The notes beneath the pieces are model-generated. The model had not been told where the DNA came from, made no database searches, and saw nothing but the letters and a program-made list of their open reading frames with translations. This document shows, piece after piece, positions 12,137 to 21,728 of a stretch of DNA of 60,696 nucleotides; the stretch's first letter is position 1; each line of letters opens with the position of its first letter. A program made the translations under genes and the position numbers. Location of the stretch: NCBI GenBank assembly GCA_026025795.1, contig JAPEUG010000065.1, positions 1-60,696 of the forward strand, written 5' to 3'. The DNA is from Thelocarpon superellum (lineage: Eukaryota).

Positions 12137-15133
12137 ATGCGCCTTCACGGCCTCGCCGTGACATGGGTTGCGCTATGCTCCTCCGCCGCCCACGCCGTCT
12201 TCGTCGATGAGGCCTACCACACCGATTTCCATCACGCTCTCCTCGGCCTGCCCCAGCAACACGCCACCTTCTTCCACCGACCCCAGGCCGAATCCAAAGC
12301 CTCCCTCCTCTACACCCTCTCCGCCAAGCACGTCGTCGGTGCCGTCAACCCTAAGGATGGCGCGCTGGTCTGGCGGCAACGACTCGAGCCGCCATCTTCG
12401 GCCGCCCCGGCCTTCCTTCGCGCGGGTGAGCACGAAGCCGCGGTGATCAGTGCCGTCGGCGGACGAGTGCAGGCGTGGGACGCTTTGGATGGCCGACTGG
12501 TGTGGGGCAACGAGTTTGCTGCCGCCAATGCGACCAACCTCGAGGTCATCGAGTCCGCCGGCGACGGCGGGCAGGGACCCAAGGACTGCCTCGTGCTGTT
12601 TCGCGAGAAGGGCCATGGAGTGCTACGACGACTGCGAGGAGACACCGGAGACGTGGCGTGGGAGTTCCAGGACGCCACCGGCGACGTCCCCTTCCAAGTC
12701 TCAACCTCGGCCACGGTCGTCTACCTGGTGACGCTCCACCCGATTTCGAGAGGTGGGCACAAGATCAGGGTCACCTCGTTGGATCCGCAGACGGGCCGCC
12801 AGACGGGGCAACACGTGCTCAGCGCCGATGTCGACGTGACCGGGCCGGAGTCCATCATCTACGTCGGCTCCAATCTCGCCGCGCCCATCATCGCCTGGGC
12901 GGACAAGTCGCTCACGACCTTGAAAGTCAACATCATCGGCACCAACCAGATCAACAGCCTCCCCATCACCAACGAGAGCGGCGAAGAGATTGTGAGCATC
13001 ACCTGCCACGCCCCGCACCTAGTTCACTCGCGTACGCATTTCTTGGTGCACTACGAGACAGGCACAGCGCACTGGGCAGACGTGTATCATGTCGACATCG
13101 CGACGTCAGCGGTCTCACACGCCTACCACCTACCACGGCTCGGTGGGAAAGGAGCGTTTGCGACGAGCACCCAGGATGCCAACGTCTACTTCACACGGGT
13201 GACGGAGTCCGAGGTGGTGCTTCTCTCATCGGCCTCTCATGGCATCCTTGAACGCTGGTCGATGCCCGTGGCAGAGACGCAGTCGCCGTGGCATGCCGTG
13301 TCGGAAGTCGTGCCAAAGTCTGGCTCATCATACGCCGTACGCGCGGCCGTGGTGCTCTCGAACGGATCCTGGCGGCTGGTGCGCAATGGCGAGCCCACTT
13401 GGGCTCGGCCTGAAGCTTTGGCGCATGCGGTGGCGGTAGCGTGGGCCGAGCTGACGGAGGAAGAAGACCTAGCCTACCAGCTCGAGGTCGAGGGGCATGA
13501 AGATGTCTTCTCTGCCTATACACACCGGCTGGGTCGACACTTCCGGGATCTTCAGCATCTTCCGTCATGGCTGAGCCGGCTACCGGGACGAGTGCTTGGT
13601 GGGCTCGGGGGGGGAAATGTTGCGAAGGATGATGCGACGTTGCAGAAGGACAGTTTCGGATTTCGAAAGCTGGCCATCGTGGCCACCGATAATGGGCGAC
13701 TGTTTGCCCTGGACGTCGCGGCCCAAGGGAGAATCGTCTGGACGATTGGAGTCGTGGACTTGGCCCCAGGCCAGGTTTGGGAGGTCAAGGGGATCCTTGC
13801 CGACAATGAGCGCGGAGCGATCAGCGTGAAAGGGGCCCAAGGCGACTCGATCATGGTCGAGAGCATGACGGGCACAGTCTTGAACCGCCTCCCGCCCGGC
13901 TCGACTCCGCCCGTGGAGAGCACGGCTTACGTTGAGGCGGAGTCAGGAACATTCATCATGGACATCTACCAGGAGGGCGATCCGGGCCAAATCCCCCTGA
14001 CCCAACGACCCAAGGGGCGATCGACGATGGTGGTCCGGGGCGGCGACAACGTGGTCAAGGGCATCACATATATTGGCGATGGCTCCCTACTACGTCCCGT
14101 GACGGTCTGGGAGTTCTCTCCGGCGCCAGGATCTCACATCACCACCTTGACCTCTCGTCCGGCCCATGACCCCGTCGCCTCAATCGGACGCGTCTTGGGC
14201 GATCGCTCGGTCCTGTACAAGTACCTGAATCCGAATCTCCTCCTGGTCATCGCCGTCGATGAGGCCACTGCCCACATGACCGTCTACCTTTTGGACGCCA
14301 TCTCAGGCGAGGTCCTGTACAGCACCGTGCACCAGGGCGTCGACTCAGCCGCGCCCATCAGCGCCGTGCTGTGCGAGAACTGGATCGCGTATTCCTTCTG
14401 GGAAGACGGCACCCGCTCTGGCTCCAAAGGCTACAAACTCGCCGTCGCCGACCTGTTCGAATCCGACATCCCCAACGACCGCGGCCCGCTCGGCGCAGCC
14501 CGCAACTTCTCCAGCATTACCCCGACCGCACCCGACGGCCAATCGCTGCGGCCCTACGTCATGCGCCAGTCCTTCGCCATCTCCGAAGCCATCACCAACA
14601 TGGCCGTGACGCAGACCCGCCAAGGCATTACCTCACGCGGCCTGCTCGTCACGCTCGACGCCTCCAACGCCATCCTCGCCATCCCACGCCACGTGTTGGA
14701 CCCGCGCCGGCCCGTTGGCCGCGACCCGACGCCGGCGGAGATGGAGGAGGGCCTGGCGCGATACAACGCTCGCCTCGACTTCTCGCCCGAGTCCTCCCTG
14801 TCGCACCAGCGCGAAGTCATGGGGATTCGGCACATCTCGACCTGCCCGGCGGTGCTGGAGAGCACCAGCTTAGTCTTTGCGTACGGTCTCGATATCTTCG
14901 GGACCCGCGCCACGCCCAGTCTCGCATTTGATCTCCTGGGGAAGGGCTTCGCCAAGGGCCAACTTCTCTTGACCGTCGCCGCGCTGTTCGTTGGGGTTGG
15001 GGTCTTGGCTCCTATGGTACGTCATGCCCGCCGCCCACCACCCCACCTTTGTCGTATGCTGCCTGTGCTGACGAGACCGCTGAATGCGCAGGTACGGAAG
15101 AAGCAAATCAACGCACAATGGCAAGCCACATGA
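12137..15133 (+). CDS. EMC1: ER membrane protein complex subunit 1 (PQQ-like beta-propeller plus DUF1620)
   Basis: Signal peptide then AVFVDEAYHTDFHHALLG; motifs DSFGFRKL, GRVLGDRSVLYKYLNPN, TRQGITSR, LESTSLVFAYGLDIF and PSLAFDLL; C-terminal TM helix. One in-frame 75-nt intron at 15017-15091. Confidence 0.95.
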   Translation: MRLHGLAVTWVALCSSAAHAVFVDEAYHTDFHHALLGLPQQHATFFHRPQAESKASLLYTLSAKHVVGAVNPKDGALVWRQRLEPPSSAAPAFLRAGEHEAAVISAVGGRVQAWDALDGRLVWGNEFAAANATNLEVIESAGDGGQGPKDCLVLFREKGHGVLRRLRGDTGDVAWEFQDATGDVPFQVSTSATVVYLVTLHPISRGGHKIRVTSLDPQTGRQTGQHVLSADVDVTGPESIIYVGSNLAAPIIAWADKSLTTLKVNIIGTNQINSLPITNESGEEIVSITCHAPHLVHSRTHFLVHYETGTAHWADVYHVDIATSAVSHAYHLPRLGGKGAFATSTQDANVYFTRVTESEVVLLSSASHGILERWSMPVAETQSPWHAVSEVVPKSGSSYAVRAAVVLSNGSWRLVRNGEPTWARPEALAHAVAVAWAELTEEEDLAYQLEVEGHEDVFSAYTHRLGRHFRDLQHLPSWLSRLPGRVLGGLGGGNVAKDDATLQKDSFGFRKLAIVATDNGRLFALDVAAQGRIVWTIGVVDLAPGQVWEVKGILADNERGAISVKGAQGDSIMVESMTGTVLNRLPPGSTPPVESTAYVEAESGTFIMDIYQEGDPGQIPLTQRPKGRSTMVVRGGDNVVKGITYIGDGSLLRPVTVWEFSPAPGSHITTLTSRPAHDPVASIGRVLGDRSVLYKYLNPNLLLVIAVDEATAHMTVYLLDAISGEVLYSTVHQGVDSAAPISAVLCENWIAYSFWEDGTRSGSKGYKLAVADLFESDIPNDRGPLGAARNFSSITPTAPDGQSLRPYVMRQSFAISEAITNMAVTQTRQGITSRGLLVTLDASNAILAIPRHVLDPRRPVGRDPTPAEMEEGLARYNARLDFSPESSLSHQREVMGIRHISTCPAVLESTSLVFAYGLDIFGTRATPSLAFDLLGKGFAKGQLLLTVAALFVGVGVLAPMVRHARRPPPHLCRMLPVLTRPLNAQVRKKQINAQWQAT

Positions 15134-16200
15134 ACGACTTCGGCCTCGAAAGCCACCAGATCTTCTCAACCTATCTGAGATAGGAAGAGCATTCTTGTTG
15201 CATCTGTGAAGCAATCTCCATCGTACAAACGACGTCCACTTCAGGAGAATGAAGCGTGTGATGACGAAGCACTCTGCCAGGCGGAAACCGTAGACGCCGT
15301 CGATGTGCTAGGAGCTCGTGATGCAACAGGTTTCCAAGACCTATTCCTGACTCCGTCGGAGTACTCGAGTTGAGTTGAACGCTGAAGCTCTGCCTGCCAC
15401 ATGCGCGACCTGCCGTATCCAGTACATGGGTCACGTGGTACTATACCCGATGATCACGTGACTTCTCGTCCGTCCCATGACTGTTGCGCAGAAAGAATAC
15501 ACTGTAGATGGTATTAAGGCTAGCTATTAAAACCCTGCTTGGGTCTCCCCATACCAATTGTATGGGAACCTACAAAGCGGCATTTCCCGTTCCGCCTTCA
15601 ATGACCAATTGCTGATTGTGTCATCTTCAACAATGACGAGTAGGCTCCCGGCGCCACCCCCAAACAGTCAATTTACTTTGCTCCGCGACTCGGATTTGGG
15701 AGCGACCAGACGCCCTCGTTCCCCTACTCGCGCCCGAGTCTCTTGAGGGGAGCGTTGTTACCTATGCTCGACAGCGAGGCGCCGGCCCAAGGCCGGCCTA
15801 ATGCTCGGTTCTAGACCATGAACATCTCCAGGTATTCGGCCATGATTTCCAATCGCTGGCACGCAACCATGCAATGAAGAGGCACAGCGTCGCGAGGCTT
15901 GCAGACGCCGGCAGGAGGCTCCGTGGCGTTTGTCTTACCCTCTACTCTCCCCTTGCCTCCCAGCCTTGCACGTGGCGCGGTTCCCTCCCTCTTGGCCCCT
16001 AGCCTCCTCTACAGCGCAAGGCAACCGCGCCCACGCCGCCTAGCCAACGCGGGATGTGAGGGATGTGAATACCCGTAGGGTCACGTGAACACCACGTGAC
16101 CCGGCAGCATCCACATATAGCAGCCGTAGCTTGGCCTAGCTAGGAGGACATTCAACCAATCTGCTTCTAAAGACAAGAGGCCAAGAGCCTGACACGGGAC

Positions 16201-16800
16201 ATGCTAGACGTATCCCGTGTGGCGCTGGATGCTTCAAGCGTCTCGACACAACAGTCGTCGAAGATGGAAGCACTGGCGGGCACAGTGAATTGCAACTCGT
16301 TGCCCAAGACCGCGGGCTTCCCTCATCACGAGCTAAAGGCTCATCTCGCCTCAGTAGCTTGACTTGGTGCCCGGGTGCGTCCTCCTACATATGCGGGATG
16401 GTGACCTCGAGTTCAGCGTGACCAACCTGTGGACGCCTGCTCTCAACCACAGCTTTCCAGGAGATGCTGGAGATTTCAGCTTGGGAGCCTATAGCCAGCG
16501 ACAGCAGGTACGACCATGCGGTCCAACACGCATCCGCCACCGGGACCATTGTGGCGCTGCTGATCATGGACATCGAGCGACAATCATTCGAATCAAGGAC
16601 CAGGGAGTGGGAAGAGACGCTTGAACAGCTCCAGTACTACGGGCCATATATGAGAAACCAGGATGGGCAAGGCGAATCTTTGCAGCGATCGCAGTAGGAC
16701 GATACGTGCAAGTCTTTGAAATTTGCGGTACCGCGAGAAGCCCAATGAGCCCACACCAAGGACTCTGTCGTGGGGAGAGGGATGCAAATGGCGTACAGGG
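16201..16800 (+). pseudogene. Frameshifted relic of a small fungal PD-(D/E)xK-nuclease-like uncharacterised protein
   Basis: Pieces in different frames: ELKAHL; EFSVTNLWTPALNHSFP; SRYDHAV...LLIMDIERQSFESRTREWEETLEQLQYY; IFAAIAVGRYVQVFEI (16676-16723). The order matches a fungal family pattern recalled from memory. Interrupted by a stop and at least two frameshifts. Confidence 0.45.
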
Positions 16801-16873
16801 ATGGCTTGATTTCATTCGCGGGAACCATTAGCCGCATCGCAGGGATGGATTGCGAGAAAATTGAAAGATACGC

Positions 16874-18700
16874 TTATGGGGTACGGAGACTCGGAGATGA
16901 TTTCGAGATGATTTCGAACTCGAGCAGTCCCTCCAGAGGCGACTGTCAGACGAGACAGATCAGCTCGAGCCAAGAGTCAGAGGGGGAACGGTGCAGAAGG
17001 TCAACGACCTACACAAGCGGCGTAGATTCCTATGGGACTGGGGACCAGGGATTCCGTCGGCGCCGGGAACGTTGCGTCAGGGGGATGGACACGTCTTATC
17101 CCACGATTCGTCGTCACCTACAAGTCCTCCTAGTACGCAGAATCTCTCATACGCCTCGCTCCGAATCTTTACTTCGATCGCATTGAACCGACCCCTGCAT
17201 CTATCCTAATCCGTTCTCAAGCCTGTGATCTGTTCGCCCCTAGGACCGTCGATCTCAAGGCTGAGCTCCCTGAATCGCCCCCTCCACACATCATCTACCC
17301 TAGCAGCGCCGCAGAGACCAACGGTGTGCCAGTCTTTGTCACCGAGAAATTCGCTGAATTTAACCCCGATGCCAAGAATGGCGTGGGTCGCAACACCCAG
17401 AAAGCTACCCGGATCAATTTGGAGCAACGGAATGGGCCGCCAAAGAGGAGATATGAGAGAGGTTTGTATTGCAGCCCCTCCCAGTGGTCCCCTTCGTAGT
17501 GTTCTGTATTTAAACAGAGACGGCTGTCGGGAACATCGGGCGTCCATGGTGGCGAGTATCGCAAGGACAAGGGAGAGTACTCGTATTGGGGTGAGCTTGT
17601 GGCCGGCAGGATGTTAACAGCCACCATCTCGAAGCCCCGAAGTGCGAGACGAGATGGGTACTATGCCGTCCGTACCACGCAACACCCACATCAAATGATC
17701 CCTTCACGATGACACGGGCTCGGCTGGCGAAAAGAGCCGCATGAGTGGCACTCCAGCGGGGTTGCCGGCCTTTGCGTGCCTCAAAGACCGTGTCCTGTTC
17801 GAATCCCCACCCAAAGCGAGAGCACCAAAAGGACTGGGCGAGTGGACGACCTGCAAAAACTCGAGAGGCCAGTCGAAGCCTGCGTACGTCCGTCGACTCC
17901 GAGAAGAGCAGAATGTCCTCCAAAAGCTCCGGCGGGAAAATAGCAAAGCAGTCGCTGGAGACCTTGACCGCGGTGTCACCTTTGGCGGCCGGCTCCATCG
18001 CTGGCCTAGTTTGGACCACATGTCAGTATCGGCCAACGCGTCTTGTAGGGCGGTAAGTGGCAAGGATCATATTGCCACGGAGCTGCAGAGCCGCACGCTG
18101 CCAACAGCCCGGACGTTCCAGGCCTCTGAGCCGACTGTCCTCCCCTGGTAGAAGGCGCTGATGACCAACGTACCACTCCCTGTTTCCCCCGCAATCGTGC
18201 CCCCAATTGATTTGTGTGACAGGAGAATGAATGGCAAATGTCATTTAGAGTGTCGAATGGAACCTCGCCGGACGGGATAAAGGCCTCTAGAATCCCCCAG
18301 CACGACGCATGGCAGACAAAGCCTCAGGGACAGTCCTCGTACCGGAACTCGTCAGGCCACCCTGCACAAGCCGTGGTTCGAAACATGGGGCGCATGGGGA
18401 ACATAAGGCTCTGGTCGGTTTGTTGGAAATTGGCATCGTCGTATCGCTGCCAACGGCCAGTGGGAACTTCGGGGCTGTCGAGCTCAGTGCGGAGACCTAC
18501 GCCCGACAAAAAGTGCTCAGACCATTGATAGCCTACGGTATAGCCTACGGTACAAACTGCGTCGACGGCTCAGCCATGCGGACTAGGAGGATACGGTTTG
18601 CAATACTCACCTACGCGGATTTCGTCGAGCCACTTCCATCTGTCGGCGCCGACCAGCTCGCCGCAGACGAAGCAGGCGACCAGTGTCGGGCTCACTGTGT
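16874..18700 (-). pseudogene. Disrupted fungal F-box-containing protein gene (CxxCG...GFxxHxxCW...WGHD...F-box...IDGPxGE family)
   Basis: Segments: CFVCG..W.W; FLSGVGLR; CP*GFVCHASCWGIL (in-frame TGA at about 18324); NWGHDCGG; F-box DCFAIFPPELLEDILLF...LRLASR (about 17861-17953); LLFGG; EIDGPRGEQITG; VTTNRG. They fall in different frames with residual GT-AG introns. Boundaries are approximate. Confidence 0.7.
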
Positions 18701-19178
18701 TTCTGAAGATGTTAGACGCATGGATTTCAGGCGCACAGGATCGAGAAGATGAGTGGGCAGCTCTTTTATCCTCATCTCTGAGCGGCATCGAATGGGCTTC
18801 ACTCTTCGCAACGTTTCAGTCTACGCCGCACAATAATGAGTACCGAGTACTGAGTCCGAACTCGCACCTACAGGCTACAGTAAAGCTGTAGGGCTAGTAG
18901 CGAATGGAGAGGTAAGAGCATTGTCCGGAGTCCCATAATTACCAGGATGTGCGCAGACCGGCGGTTATGGCGCCATGTCGGCAGCGCTCGCCCGAGCTCG
19001 CTTCGTCTCGCTTCTGCTGAGTTCCGCGGCTCGAGGCTTGAAATTTTACTAGTGGTGATTCCCGGGAGGGCCCCCCTCCGGCCCGTCCGTACCGAGCTTG
19101 AGCCTATTTCCCTCCGCTTGGGTCTTTCCCTGGCTCCCTCACGGAGTTCGACGCACTCCATTCACGAGTAGCCTCAAC

Positions 19179-21071
19179 ATGGACCTTGAGTCGAGGAAGG
19201 CCAAGGAGCCCAAGGAACCCAAGTCGCTCAATTTCTTGCTGCACAAGAAGTTGGAATATCCTTTAGAGGGCTCGAACTATCGGAACCTGAGGATCCTGTC
19301 CGAGGCGTGTGTGAAGCAATACACACCGCCTCCGGGCGTCGACTCCAAATTCGACTTGATCCATCCCAAGTCCCCACGGCAGCTCAGCGCCCTGAGCTCG
19401 ATGGCGCAGCAATTCTTTGACACCAACAAGGCAGAGTTCTTGTCAGAGACCTGGACCAAGGACAAGCTTGCTAGAGAGACGGAACAGTATGTAAATGAAA
19501 CCTCATGGGTGCTTCCTGGTAAGCCTGACGAGATTGAAGGGTCAAGTCAGTCGTGCAGAGAATGATGCAACGCAACCTCTCGAAAGAGCGCGGGGAGATG
19601 CATGAAGTACGAGTACGTCAGATGCTCTTACTCGCACGATGCTTGCTCATCGACTGATTTGGTAGGAGCACCTGCAGCCGGCCGAGCATGTCTCAGATCA
19701 CCCACGACAAGTTCCACGCGATGCCCGTGCATCCCACCTAGGCGAGCCGGAATTGTCCCCCGGCATGAAAACACCATCCTTCTTGAACTCTGAAGGCCCT
19801 GAAGTACAACAGGGCATCAATCCTGGGGGTGCTCAGACAACGGTTTTGGTGAGTCATGGTCTCTCACGTGACGACAATGGCGCCCGAAGCTGATGACAGG
19901 AAAGCCATCTGACCGTGGACTTCGTGATGGCACGTCTGGCGAAAGCTCGTCGTCATCGGAAGTGCGGCCTTCTGCTCAAGACCCCGCCCATCAAGCGACT
20001 GTAGAGGATTGCCCAGAGGACTCCGCCAACCACCGTCGCCGAGTTTCCTTTGACGTACCGGTCCATGCCCAGGACTCAGATGCCGAGGATGTCAGCATGG
20101 AAATGCTAGAGGCGGACGAGAATCAGGCAAGCTATGAGATTGCTGAGGAGGAGATGGATCGAGAATCCTCGGAATCCGATTCTTCATCCGATGAGTACCG
20201 TCCGAACAGCACCCAACGACAAAGTCTACCGGCGAAGAGGAAGAGAGCAACGAAAGTCGCGAGACCGACCAAATTGCGGCAGAAAAACAAAGAGCCCCCG
20301 ACACCGCAACGTCTGCAGCAACTAGCAAAAGCTCGAGCGGTGTGGAGAGAGAAAAGCCGGCAAAAGAAAGAGTTGGCTTTCCACCGCAATCAGCAGACAG
20401 CAGGCACGCGCACGGGGACCGATCAGCCTGTTGGCGATCAATCAAGTGTTCCCGCGGCCACGAGCATGAGCACCACCAGCCCGAGAGCCTCGGATCGTGG
20501 CACCGGGGAGGAGACGGCGCACGTCCCTCGCGATTCTGAATCGAACGATCCTTCCCCAGTCGATCCGGTAAATGGCTCGGTCGCACCCCAGCCGACCAAT
20601 GACGTCGGCCCAGGCGTGAGCAATTCCACGACGACAACCACCCCGGCCGTCCCCAGTCCCGCAGGTGGGCACATGGTCAAAAAAGGCGACATCCGAGTCT
20701 TTTCTCTCATTCGCTATCTGCCGCCCGACCAACCTCCGTGCCAAATTGGGCAACATCTGGATCTCAACATGAGTTGGGAGAAGGTGACGCAGAATGTCTC
20801 CACTCTATTGAGCATTCGTCACGTGGATGCTCTCCGGATATGCATAGGAGACATCCTCACCGTGGTCACGAACCAGCGAGAATGGACGATTGTTCAGTGG
20901 GATATCGTGAGGATCTTGTGCACGAAACACATCGATCTCGAGGTCAAGAAACGCCATGGCGAGGAGATCACAGAGCATTCGAAGATTTTATGCTGCGTCT
21001 TGAGCGTTGTGGACCCTGATCCGTCGTTGAGACACACGATATCCAGGTCGCTAGTGCGGCAAAAAGTCTAA
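19179..21071 (+). CDS. Hypothetical (orphan-like) protein with an acidic/basic disordered middle and a globular C-terminus
   Basis: Three plausible introns (about 19487-19539, 19613-19665, 19849-19904) join ORFs 19098-19565 and 19893-21071 in frame. Basic NLS-like stretches (AKRKRATK, KSRQKK). No family recognised. Confidence 0.65.
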
Positions 21072-21728
21072 GCAGCCAAAGATGGACATGAGGGTCTTTC
21101 GACGTCGGAGTTGTTCCAAAAAGGGTCTCTTCTTCCTTTCATCTTCCTCTTGGTGTCACGCATTCTCGCATGGGGCTCTCCCATCTCTTTTTATCCCACA
21201 GGACAGGACAACGGCGAGCTGGAAAGCGAGTTCCGGGCGTTTTTAATGTTGGATATAATGGATGGCATTGGAGGACAAGGGGGGCATCAAGAAATGGAAT
21301 GCAACGGTTTGACAACGACGTATTAGGTGGTAAAGCAGATGGATGGGCGAGGAAGAAAAGATGTCACGTCCTTCTCTGTCGTGATACAACGAAATCAGAC
21401 GAGGTCCCATGGCGAGTAATTGGTAGCTCTAGCTATGCAGGTCATGAATGAGCAGCTCTCACCATATTAGCTTCATACATTATCATGGATACTGTAATCT
21501 AAGAACATTACTTCACAGGCTTCTCGAATAAGCAAGCCCTTTATATCAGAAAGTAAAGGTGAATGGAAGAATACCAGCCGAGATCGCTGTGTTCCCTCTC
21601 GATCCACCACAGATGTCATTATTAGTTTGATGGTCGTCACATATCATGACCTGAAAGTTGAATTATATATCCCCTCGACCCCGACGATTTCCTCCCTGCC
21701 CCCGCGGAGAAAGAGACCGTCGACCGTC

